From positions 1-50,014 of the forward strand of contig JAKLEY010000001.1 in assembly GCA_022711455.1 (NCBI GenBank): DNA of 50,014 nt, given 5' to 3'. The number at the start of each line of letters is the position of its first letter. Within the stretch, counting starts at the first letter, position 1. The stretch is from Candidatus Cloacimonadota bacterium (GTDB lineage: Bacteria > Cloacimonadota > Cloacimonadia > Cloacimonadales > Cloacimonadaceae). Made by a program: the position numbers and the translations under genes. Shown in pieces: positions 34,283 through 43,219 of this stretch. Under the pieces are notes generated by a model. It searched no databases. It was not told where the DNA came from and was given only the letters and a program-made list of their open reading frames with translations.

Positions 34283-36118
34283 ATGAAGAGGCTATTATTA
34301 TTATCTTTGCTCTGTCTGCTGAGCTCTCTGCTCCTTGCAGATATTATGTCCACAACCGCGGGTGGAAACTGGGCAAACAGCTCCACCTGGATCGGGGGTG
34401 TGGTGCCAAATTCTTCCAACAACGTGATCATTCAGGGCAACGTCTGGATCGACATCACCGGAGAGTGCTTGAATCTGACCATCCAGCCCGGAGCCAGGAT
34501 CAGCAATCCGTCGAATTATGTGGGGCAGGTCACGGTTTACGGAAACTGCATGAACTATGGCCAGTTGGTGGATAGCGGAATCCCGGGAGGAGAGCTGCGG
34601 ATGGTGATTTTGGGGAATCTCACGAATACCAATCTCATCAATTGCGAATACGTCTATTATGCCGGTGAAAATGCGCATACGTTCTCCAATGTCGGAACTT
34701 TCAGCCCCACCCATTTTCTGAACATGAGCGTGGGCATGGTCAGCTTCCTCACCAATCTCAATTTGACCGGAACTCACATCTACCTGCCTCACCTCACTCT
34801 GAGCGGTTTTCAGCTCAGCCTCAACGGCGGTTTTATGGAGCATACCAATATCGTAGGGGGTGGAGGGGCGATCCTGAATCTGACGGGTGGAGCCTATCTG
34901 AATTGGGTGACAGCCACGGAGATCATCCTGCAAGGCACTGTGCTGATTGGGAATGCGGTGAGCATCGGGCATCTCTATAACTACGCTACGGTGTGGAATC
35001 GGAACGATATGAATCACGAGCTCTTAATCAGCGGAACCCTGAGGAATTTCGGAACGATCGGAGACAATCCGGGTGGCTTCACGCTCAATCTGGAGCTGCA
35101 GGGAGATATCTTTAATTACGGTAGCATTGCTCCTGCATATCTCACCCTGGGTTATGACGGAACGCACGATATCTGGCAAAATTCAGGCGCAACAGGGATT
35201 TCGGCTCCTTTGCTGGCTTCCTATAGTGACTACCGGATGCTCTCGAATCTGAATTTTACAGGGTGTTTGCAGGATTGGAACGGCCATTCCCTGATCATGA
35301 ATAGCGGATTCGTCCTGAACCTGAACGGAGGCGCGCTCACGGATGCGGTCCTGGATGGTGTTCCGGGCAGCACTTTGAACTTGTCCAACAGTGCCTGGCT
35401 GGGTGGAGTGCTCGCTGATGAACTCAGCTTCAGCGGAGAGGTTCTGATCGGAGACGGAGTCGAGATCGACCGTTTGATCAACAATGGAACCTTGCGCGGC
35501 AAAGGCGATTTTCCTCATACCTTGACAGTTCAGCAGCGGCTGGAAAACCACGGCAATATACTCAATGCCAGCACCGGAAACTGGTTCTACATCAATCTTT
35601 GGGGCGACCTCTTCAACTATTCTCAGATCACAAATTATCAATTTAATCTCTACGGAGCTCAGGATCATAACGTGCTGCGCAGCGCAAGCTCAAACATCAC
35701 CTGCAGCGGTGGTTTCAGATTGAATTCCAATATCGGCTGGGCGCAGTGGATGTATAACGGAATCCTCCCCAATGAAGACTTCACAGATTTCAGAACAGTG
35801 AATCCTAATGTTTCGGGAGTATGGACCCCCTACTATTACGGTCTCCTGGGCAAAAACATCATTTTTGGCAGCGCGGAAGGGAGCTGTCCCGTTCCCCAGA
35901 ATGTGACCCTTAACCGCAATGGCACTGGCATTCGTCTGCAGTGGATCCAGGTGCCGGGTGCTTTTTATTACACGGTTTTCAGTGCCTCTGATCCCGCAGG
36001 CCCCTATCTGCCGGAGCCGGTCAAAGTCTTTGATCCGAACATCTCCGACGGGATAGTCTGGAGGGATCTGCCACCCGCAGAGGCTTTGAGGTTTTTCAGG
36101 GTGAGTGCAGGGAATTGA
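34283..36118 (+). CDS. Secreted repeat protein (beta-helix-like, internal ~170-aa duplication) with C-terminal Fn3-like module
   Basis: ATG at 34283 with GAGGTG upstream and a signal peptide. Duplicated blocks NLTGGAYLN...LQGDIFNYGSI and NLSNSAWLG...LWGDLFNYSQI. The tail is PQNVTLNRNGTGIRLQWIQVPGAFYYTVFSASDP...FFRVSAGN. Confidence 0.6.
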   Translation: MKRLLLLSLLCLLSSLLLADIMSTTAGGNWANSSTWIGGVVPNSSNNVIIQGNVWIDITGECLNLTIQPGARISNPSNYVGQVTVYGNCMNYGQLVDSGIPGGELRMVILGNLTNTNLINCEYVYYAGENAHTFSNVGTFSPTHFLNMSVGMVSFLTNLNLTGTHIYLPHLTLSGFQLSLNGGFMEHTNIVGGGGAILNLTGGAYLNWVTATEIILQGTVLIGNAVSIGHLYNYATVWNRNDMNHELLISGTLRNFGTIGDNPGGFTLNLELQGDIFNYGSIAPAYLTLGYDGTHDIWQNSGATGISAPLLASYSDYRMLSNLNFTGCLQDWNGHSLIMNSGFVLNLNGGALTDAVLDGVPGSTLNLSNSAWLGGVLADELSFSGEVLIGDGVEIDRLINNGTLRGKGDFPHTLTVQQRLENHGNILNASTGNWFYINLWGDLFNYSQITNYQFNLYGAQDHNVLRSASSNITCSGGFRLNSNIGWAQWMYNGILPNEDFTDFRTVNPNVSGVWTPYYYGLLGKNIIFGSAEGSCPVPQNVTLNRNGTGIRLQWIQVPGAFYYTVFSASDPAGPYLPEPVKVFDPNISDGIVWRDLPPAEALRFFRVSAGN

Positions 36119-36240
36119 GCTCGTAACATAGGATTTATCCTGTTGTAATCGAGGTTTCAACCTCGTAATGCCATTGATTGAGAACACTCAAAAAGCGCGG
36201 AAAAAACGGAAAAATTGAACAAAGCAATGGAAAGTGAAGT

Positions 36241-38811
36241 ATGAAGAAGATGTCGTTGCTCCTGGTATTTGTAGCTATACTCATGATCCGTTTAGGAGCG
36301 CAGATAGCACACCTGCCTTCAGGTTCCGGAACCAGCACCTCTCCCTATATGATTCAAACCCTGAACAATCTCTATTGGGTGGCTGCTGATAGCTCACGCT
36401 GGCATGCCAACTATCTTCAAACCGCTAATATTGATGCTGCTCAGACCTCAGGCTGGTTCAGCGGGCAGGGCTGGCTACCCATAGGGGCTTATCGCAACAG
36501 GTTCAATGGACACTACAACGGGGGTGGACACAGCATCCAGAATCTTCACGTTAACCGGGAGTCTGGAACAGCGCTTTTTTACTTCATCGAAGACGCGATC
36601 ATCCAAAATATACACCTGGAAAACGCCTATGTCACCGGTCAGGGATCTCTGCTGGTCTACAACAGCATTGACAGCCAGATCCTGAACTGCACGGTAAGCG
36701 GTATCCTGACCGGAGGAGGGGGTCTGCTGACCGAATCCTGCTGGGGCACGCTAATTGATAACTGCACAGTATCGGGGACAATGTCCGGAGTCCAGGGATA
36801 TTCGGGAGCGATCTCCGGAAGTCTTTACGATACCCACATCACAAACTCCACAGTTGATGTTATAATCAATAGTCCGGCCGGACAAGATGAGGGCTTCACA
36901 AATATTGGGGGGATGGTGGGAGACATGAACGCAAACTCTTCCATAACTTATTGTTATGCAAAGTACCAGATCAATTCAGGCTTCTGCTCAAATGTGGGAG
37001 GATTGGTTGGTTCATTCTCCGGCACAATCACAAACAGCTACTGCGAAGGATCGATCACAGGCAGTGGGGCTTTCCTCGGACCTATGGTTGGTGCGATGGG
37101 TCCAATACCGTGGTACGAACTCATGGGGGCGTATTATAACATTCTCTCCTGCACCATAAACCAAAGCCATGTCATCGGAATTGGTGCTCTGAATGAAATC
37201 CTCTTCAACCAGTGGCTCAGCTCTGGCCGGAATCTTAACATAGACGATTTTCTCAGCTCTGAGGATGGCATTTACCTTGTTCGGGGCTCTCAGGATTTTG
37301 ATTATCTGATGGCTTTTGCCCAATATCCGGATTATAGTTTCAAATTGACGGAAGATCTTGATATGAGCGGATTGCATGGCTACAACATTCCCTACCTGGG
37401 TAGCAATCTGGACGGAAATGGATATAGTGTCCTGAATTTAGCTCTTGAAACTGAGCTTGCAAATCCCCTGGGGTTCATCGGGTGGGCTAAAAGCGTGTTG
37501 ATAAAAGATCTGTCTGTAGTGAATTGCCATATCAGTGGAGGGATTTACACAGGAGCCCTTCTGGGTTATAGCAGATACGAAAATCAAATCAGCAATTGCT
37601 ATGCCAGCGGACTGATATCCGCCAGCGGTTTCCCGATCCGTTATCCTTCCTTCGGTGGTTTGATTGGCGTACTGCAACATTCCGCAATGGATTCTTGCCG
37701 CAGTGAGGTAGATATCACTGTTTCAAACCTGGCATCTTACATAGGTGGCCTGGTGGGTTATACATCCTATTCCGATCTCAACAACAGCAGTTGCGAAGCC
37801 AGCGTTCGTTTCTTCGGGAGCCCTACAAATGTAGGACCCTATACAGGAGGTTTAACCGGATACCTCGAATTGGGCTATATCATTGGTTGTTTTGCGGACG
37901 CGCAAGTGATTGGAGCGAACGCCACAGGTGGTTTGGCTGGTAAATGTTATGGAATAATCCGGAATAGCTATAGTTCCGGCAATGTTCAGGGGATCAATTA
38001 TGTAGGCGGTTTGGTGGGTATCCTGGAAGGGGCTGGTCAATGGGATCCGGAGATCAATTCTTCCTGCAGCACTGCTACCGTTACAGGGATCAATGCGGTT
38101 GGTGGTCTGGTTGGCAAATCTTATGGCCTCATAGAAAATACTTTTGCCAGAGGGGCTGTAAATGGTCTTGATTCGGTGGGAGGCTTGGTTGGTGATGTTG
38201 CTCATGGTTACCAAGTTTACGGGGTTGTTTTCAATTCCTACAGCACAGGTTATGTAACCGGGACAGGAGAACATGTGGGAGGCTTGACAGGGAATGGCTC
38301 AGGGCCTTATAACGGCCAATGTTACTGGGATAGGGAAAGCTCAGGACAAAGTACAAGTACCTTTGGCTCAGGGCGCAGCACAGACCAAATGACTCATCCT
38401 TACTCCCCTGATACCTTTGTTGGATGGGATTTCGACAATATCTGGTGCCATGATCCAAACTACAGCATCAATGACGGCTATCCTTGTATCCGCCTTACTT
38501 TCCCGGGTACGCCCAATTTAGATCCCATAATATCCGAAGAAAAACTTAAACTGACTATTTATCCGAATCCTGCCCGGGTTCTTCCCACTTTTAGCTTCAA
38601 CCTGTCTCGCCGGGGCAACAATGATATCCAAATCTTCAATCTCCGGGGTCAGCTGGTGCGCTCAATCGACCTCAGTACTAAGCAGAAGGGTGATCATATT
38701 TTTACATGGGACAGAAAGGATCAATCCGGACGAGCTTTGGGATCAGGCTTATATTTTATCCGCCTCCGGAGTGGGAAGCAGTGCCAAACCGTCAGGATCG
38801 TGCTCTACTGA
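36241..38811 (+). CDS. GLUG-motif repeat surface protein with T9SS C-terminal sorting domain
   Basis: 856 aa with a signal peptide and at least 8 GGLVG/GGLTG (GLUG) repeats. The CTD is IYPNPARV...IQIFNLRGQLVRS...GLYFIRLRSG...VRIVLY. Confidence 0.75.
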   Translation: MKKMSLLLVFVAILMIRLGAQIAHLPSGSGTSTSPYMIQTLNNLYWVAADSSRWHANYLQTANIDAAQTSGWFSGQGWLPIGAYRNRFNGHYNGGGHSIQNLHVNRESGTALFYFIEDAIIQNIHLENAYVTGQGSLLVYNSIDSQILNCTVSGILTGGGGLLTESCWGTLIDNCTVSGTMSGVQGYSGAISGSLYDTHITNSTVDVIINSPAGQDEGFTNIGGMVGDMNANSSITYCYAKYQINSGFCSNVGGLVGSFSGTITNSYCEGSITGSGAFLGPMVGAMGPIPWYELMGAYYNILSCTINQSHVIGIGALNEILFNQWLSSGRNLNIDDFLSSEDGIYLVRGSQDFDYLMAFAQYPDYSFKLTEDLDMSGLHGYNIPYLGSNLDGNGYSVLNLALETELANPLGFIGWAKSVLIKDLSVVNCHISGGIYTGALLGYSRYENQISNCYASGLISASGFPIRYPSFGGLIGVLQHSAMDSCRSEVDITVSNLASYIGGLVGYTSYSDLNNSSCEASVRFFGSPTNVGPYTGGLTGYLELGYIIGCFADAQVIGANATGGLAGKCYGIIRNSYSSGNVQGINYVGGLVGILEGAGQWDPEINSSCSTATVTGINAVGGLVGKSYGLIENTFARGAVNGLDSVGGLVGDVAHGYQVYGVVFNSYSTGYVTGTGEHVGGLTGNGSGPYNGQCYWDRESSGQSTSTFGSGRSTDQMTHPYSPDTFVGWDFDNIWCHDPNYSINDGYPCIRLTFPGTPNLDPIISEEKLKLTIYPNPARVLPTFSFNLSRRGNNDIQIFNLRGQLVRSIDLSTKQKGDHIFTWDRKDQSGRALGSGLYFIRLRSGKQCQTVRIVLY

Positions 38812-38962
38812 GGCGGATCTGAAGAATATCCACCTGAGTCCCGGATTTCAGGGAGAACAGAGTCATCATTTCCCCACTATAGCACAAAAAACCTTGACTC
38901 GGATCCCATTCTCTCAGGAGATTGCAATCGGATCAGAATTATCCGGTCCGGGTTGAGGTAAG

Positions 38963-39913
38963 ATGTTAATTTTAGTATTGTTTATAGTTCTTGGTTTCGC
39001 TTTGCTGATCGCCGGAGCGGATACCCTGGTGCGTGGTGCCAGCTCTTTGGCGCGCAGACTGAAAGTTCCGGATATCGTGATCGGTCTGACTGTGGTCGCT
39101 TTTGGCACCTCGACTCCTGAACTGGTGGTGAATCTGGTCTCTGCAGTTAAGGGCACAGCCGGGATCGCTTATGGTAATATTATTGGGAGCAATATCTTCA
39201 ATATTCTGGGGATATTGGGTATTTGCGCACTGGTCAAGCCCCTGCAGGTGAAGACAAACACCACCTGGCGCGAGATTCCATTCGCGTTGCTGACTTCTTT
39301 CATTCTGCTGGTTTTAGTGAATGATTCCCATTTCTTAGCCGGCGCGCAGGATATCCTCACCCGGGGTGACGGCCTCGTGCTGCTGGGCTTTTTTGCCATC
39401 TTTCTGGTGTATACCCACAATCTCAGCAAACAGGGCGCGGATACGGAATCCGGCAGCCGGCTTTATCCCCTCCATCTCAGTCTGCTCTTCATTTTGGGAG
39501 GGCTTGGGGGCTTGATTTTGGGTGGGAATCTGGTGGTGAATAATGCCGTTGAACTGGCACGTCTGCTGGGGATCAGCGAATCCGTGATCGGACTCACGAT
39601 CGTGGCAATCGGCACCTCGCTTCCGGAACTGAGCACTTCGCTGATTGCGACATTCAAGGGCAAGCCGGATATTGCAGTAGGTAACGTCATCGGCAGCAAT
39701 ATCTTCAATCTGCTCTTCATCATGGGGATCACCGCGCAGGTGAGTCCGCTGCCCTATACCAGAGTCTTCAATTCTTCCCAGTTTGTGATGATCGGAGCCA
39801 CTTTCCTCCTCTTTATCATGATGTTCAATCCCAAGCGGCATCGCATCGACCGCTGGGAAGGGGGAGCGCTGCTGCTGGTCTATATCCTTTATACTGTGTT
39901 CTTTATGAAGTGA
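38963..39913 (+). CDS. CaCA-family cation/Ca2+ antiporter (YrbG-like)
   Basis: 316 aa with about 10 TM segments. Both alpha-repeat signatures are present (GTSTPEL and GTSLPEL, each followed by GNIIGSNIFN/GNVIGSNIFN). Confidence 0.9.
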   Translation: MLILVLFIVLGFALLIAGADTLVRGASSLARRLKVPDIVIGLTVVAFGTSTPELVVNLVSAVKGTAGIAYGNIIGSNIFNILGILGICALVKPLQVKTNTTWREIPFALLTSFILLVLVNDSHFLAGAQDILTRGDGLVLLGFFAIFLVYTHNLSKQGADTESGSRLYPLHLSLLFILGGLGGLILGGNLVVNNAVELARLLGISESVIGLTIVAIGTSLPELSTSLIATFKGKPDIAVGNVIGSNIFNLLFIMGITAQVSPLPYTRVFNSSQFVMIGATFLLFIMMFNPKRHRIDRWEGGALLLVYILYTVFFMK

Positions 39914-40019
39914 CAAGTGACAAGTAACGAGTGACGAGAGCTGACAACCTACACTTTAGTCTCTATATAGATAGGAGTAATGAGTGATGAGTGATGCGTA
40001 GTGATTCCTGCTGGATATC

Positions 40020-40117
40020 TTCCTCACTTCTCGCTTTGATCCCCCTGCCATCTCACTTCATGAAGCGGTTTGAAAGCGGTCAGCAAGCGGTTAGCAAGCT
40101 GTTAGATAGCGGTAGGA
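40020..40117 (-). repeat. CCGCT-word / G-rich dispersed element, copy 4 (reverse orientation)
   Basis: The reverse complement reads ctaccgctatctaacagcttgctaaccgcttgctgaccgctttcaaaccgcttc followed by gagatggcaggggga. Confidence 0.8.
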
Positions 40118-40308
40118 CCAAAGGGGATTGCAGGACTATGTCCCTGCCGGGTATGAGTGAGGTTCAGAGTCGTGTGGGGAGATAGAACGCAGATAACAGG
40201 ATCGACTGGATCAGCCGGATTCTTTTAATAACACGAATTCACACGAATTTCCACTAATTGTCACGAATAGCCACGAATCTCCACGTATAACGATGAACAG
40301 CCTGATAT

Positions 40309-40518
40309 GTCCCGTAGGGACTTCACGTTATTAGCGCCGGGTTTCAACCCGGCGATTGTTTCGTTATGTTCTACAGAGTCCCGTAGGGACGACACATAGT
40401 ATTGGCCAACAAACACATATGCTGAGATGTGTCGTCCCTACGGGACTTGGAATTTACGTGCGGCCTGCTTCCGCCGGATTGAAATCCGTCGCTAATAACG
40501 TGAAAGTCCCTACGGGAC
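40309..40518 (+). repeat. Nested-palindrome element A (~210 bp, no ORF)
   Basis: GTCCCGTAGGGAC occurs at 40309 and 40378. Its mirror form GTCCCTACGGGAC occurs near 40433 and at 40506. The arms ACGTTATTAGCG and CGCTAATAACGT pair. The central stem GTCCCGTAGGGACGACACAT / ATGTGTCGTCCCTACGGGAC is a perfect 20 bp. Confidence 0.9.
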
Positions 40519-40526
40519 TAAGTGGC

Positions 40527-42635
40527 TCACAGCGTCAAACTGATCTTGGCATAGATGGTTGCCATATCTTTGCGGAAGTGACCCAGCGGATCAGGCCAGG
40601 AGGAGGGTTCATCCTGTTTTTGGGCAGATTTGAAGCCCAGGAAGAGGAAGTATTCCGGTTTGAATTCATAGCGCAGATTGCCGTAGTAAGTGAGGCTGGA
40701 TCTGATGCTGCCGCTCTCATAGGTGCTCAGTCCGCTGCCCAAACTGAGCTTGAACACCGGGCTGGGGGTATAACCCAAAGTCGCATTGGCGATCACATAA
40801 GTCTTATCCAGCTTGATCGTTACGGGCCCGATCACGTTCTCCTCAGGATAGCCATAATGATTCCAGGAACCGGTGAGGGTGGTGGAGACGTTTTTGAGCG
40901 GACTGAACCAGCCGTTGATGTTAAAAGTATGTTTGGGATAGGTATCCGAGAGGGCATAGACCAGGCTTTGGGCATAGGAATAGGCTCCAAAGACACGCAG
41001 GCTGCGCAGTTTTGCCCAGGTGCAGCCCAGCATCCCGTTGTAGATGTCATGCAGATCATCATGAAGATCGGGCACTTGGGCAGAACTTCCATTGAAGAGA
41101 AAGTTTAATCTGGGAGCGGTGTTCAGGTTCGCTGTAAATCCTGATTCATAGGCATAATAGGGCTCTGTGCTCAGATTTTTATGATAGCCGTAGGCCCAGG
41201 TGTTGAAAGACAGATAGCGGATCTGTTTATCCGCATAGGTTTTGCTCCAGCCGATTCCGGAGCCGGCATATTCATAATCGGTCTCATAGAGGTATCCGGC
41301 TTCCTGCGTGAGGTTTTTGGAAAGACGGGCATAGCCCAAAGAAAGATTCCAGTCTTTGGGGTCCGCGCTCAGTTTGAAGGCTGTTTTGGAGCCTGTGGTC
41401 AGATCCGTAATACCAACGGAAGGGTGTTTCAGGGTCGAGAGATCCAGGGAAGTGGTGAAATAGAGATGGGGCAGAAACTCCCAGTTCAGGACCCCGCTGT
41501 AGACGTGGTTGTAATATCCGCTGTTGACCCGGCTGGTGATCGCGTTGCCCAGCTGCAGTTTACGCCAGGAGGGGTTCAGAGCCAGCACCTGATAATAGTC
41601 ATCCCGGTTGATCAAAACGCCATCGTCGCGGATCTCTTTGTCAAAGGCTCCCAGGACACCCCAATTCAGGATTTTGGTGTTTCCGGTGGCTTTGAAAGCC
41701 AAGCGCGGTTGCACAATATTGCGGGAATAAAACACGTCTTCACTCACTCCGAAAGCCTCAATATCCTCTGTGAAGAAAAAGCGGTTTTCCTCGTAGTAAG
41801 GAGGGTCTTTGCGGTTGTAATCATCCTGCGCGCTGTCCATGGGGACGTCTGAGTAATCCGGATTGAGCGAGATCTTGATGCGGGTGCGCTGTCCCGGATT
41901 GAGGGCGAGATCGAGTCCGAAGTGTTCCGGATCGTAGCTTCCGCTGCGGCTGATGAGGTCGTAACTCTTCACAAAATAAGGCTTTAGCGAGATATCCAAT
42001 TTGTGCTTCACGGGCTGGGTCAGCACGATATCCTGCGCTTTCAGAAAATATTCCTTGCCCTGATTGGTGTTGGAATAGGGCAGGCTGAAGAATTCCTGGC
42101 TCTGATAGTGATAGCGGGTGAGGATGACTTTCCAGTTGTAGGGCTTGTCTTGCTTGAACCGCAATTCATCCAGAGGGATTCGCATGGTCACTTTCCACAG
42201 CTCTCCGGAGACCTCACTTGTATAGGAATAATGGCTGTCCCAGGCGTAATCGACGTCCATATCGGTTTTGCGAACTCCGTCCAGCAGGTTGCCCAGGGGA
42301 TAAGCGCTGTAGTAATAGGCATAGTAAGCATCGGGGATGGTGATCAATTGCAGCCTCAGATAATCGGCACTGGCTCCTTCATCTTTCACGGAGAGATCAC
42401 CCCGGGTGAAGGAGGAATCGATCACGGCTTCAAAATGCACGATCAGATTGTCGCCATCTTGCCACAACCAGGCTTTGGTCTGCAAAGTTTCCTGCTTTTT
42501 ATCATCGGGATCGACCCGTACAAAGCCGGAGAGCAGGTTCGCGTCCGTGAGCGTTTCCGTTGCGGATACGGGTAAAACAAGGGCAGCGCAATTCATGAAT
42601 ATAACGCTGAACAGCACAATTAGACAAGCTTTCAT
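40527..42635 (-). CDS. Outer-membrane protein with N-terminal CBM9/DOMON-like domain and C-terminal beta-barrel (DUF5916-like)
   Basis: GAGGT RBS and a signal peptide. The N-terminal pattern ...WLWQDGDNLIVHFEA...DYLRLQLI...WDSHYSY...WKVTMRIPLDELRF resembles the CBM9-like region of DUF5916 proteins. The rest is rich in alternating aromatic and Gly beta-strands. Confidence 0.6.
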   Translation of the reverse strand: MKACLIVLFSVIFMNCAALVLPVSATETLTDANLLSGFVRVDPDDKKQETLQTKAWLWQDGDNLIVHFEAVIDSSFTRGDLSVKDEGASADYLRLQLITIPDAYYAYYYSAYPLGNLLDGVRKTDMDVDYAWDSHYSYTSEVSGELWKVTMRIPLDELRFKQDKPYNWKVILTRYHYQSQEFFSLPYSNTNQGKEYFLKAQDIVLTQPVKHKLDISLKPYFVKSYDLISRSGSYDPEHFGLDLALNPGQRTRIKISLNPDYSDVPMDSAQDDYNRKDPPYYEENRFFFTEDIEAFGVSEDVFYSRNIVQPRLAFKATGNTKILNWGVLGAFDKEIRDDGVLINRDDYYQVLALNPSWRKLQLGNAITSRVNSGYYNHVYSGVLNWEFLPHLYFTTSLDLSTLKHPSVGITDLTTGSKTAFKLSADPKDWNLSLGYARLSKNLTQEAGYLYETDYEYAGSGIGWSKTYADKQIRYLSFNTWAYGYHKNLSTEPYYAYESGFTANLNTAPRLNFLFNGSSAQVPDLHDDLHDIYNGMLGCTWAKLRSLRVFGAYSYAQSLVYALSDTYPKHTFNINGWFSPLKNVSTTLTGSWNHYGYPEENVIGPVTIKLDKTYVIANATLGYTPSPVFKLSLGSGLSTYESGSIRSSLTYYGNLRYEFKPEYFLFLGFKSAQKQDEPSSWPDPLGHFRKDMATIYAKISLTL

Positions 42636-42758
42636 AGTTTTTACCTCATACTAGATCGGGACTTCTTTCCGGATCAATTTTAAATTTGAATCATTACATT
42701 ATGGGGGGGGATTGTCAAGCAATATTTTAAAGTGGTGAAGGGGTGCAGGGGTGTAGTC

Positions 42759-42813
42759 AGTGGTGGAGTGGTGGAGTGGTCAAGTGATGGAGTGCTGGGG
42801 TGGTGGAGTGGTG
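42759..42813. repeat. Period-8 word microsatellite (GGTGGAGT)n
   Basis: agtggtggagtggtggagtggtcaagtgatggagtgctggggtggtggagtggtg. The preceding GGGGTGCAGGGGTGTAGTC (42743-42761) recurs in reverse complement at 8084-8102. Confidence 0.85.
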
Positions 42814-42861
42814 TTGCAACCCGCTCAATGGTACAGCAGTATCGATGTGACGTTTTACCAA

Positions 42862-43070
42862 GTCTCGTAGAGACGACACGTTATTAGCGCCGGATTTTAA
42901 TCCGGCGTGTGTCACGCACAATCAGAATTGAGTCCCGTAGGGACGACACATACCATTGCGGGACAAGATCATAAATGCCATGTGCCGTCCCTAAAGGGAC
43001 TTGGATCATACACGTGTTTCCTTTCGCCGGGTTAAAACCCGTCGCTAATAACGTGCCGTCTCTGCGAGAC
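42862..43070 (+). repeat. Nested-palindrome element B (~209 bp), same orientation as A
   Basis: It has the same architecture as A. The outer 13-mers are GTCTCGTAGAGAC and GTCTCTGCGAGAC, and the local hairpins are CCGGATTTTAATCCGG and CCGGGTTAAAACCCG. Confidence 0.9.
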
Positions 43071-43075
43071 TCCTC

Positions 43076-43170
43076 AAAACCCGAAAACTCCAAAACTCCA
43101 AAACGTTGGAACTCCAAAACGTTAAAACGCTAAAACGTTACAACGCTAAAACGACAAATCGCCAAAATCC
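43076..43170. repeat. Period-8 word microsatellite (AAAACTCC / AAAACGTT), about 11 units
   Basis: aaaacccg aaaactcc aaaactcc aaaacgtt ggaactcc aaaacgtt aaaacgct aaaacgtt acaacgct aaaacgac aaatcgcc aaaatcc. Confidence 0.9.
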
Positions 43171-43219
43171 ATTGACAGAAAGTGAATCTTCGAACTGAGG
43201 TTTCACCAGAGGTATAGAA

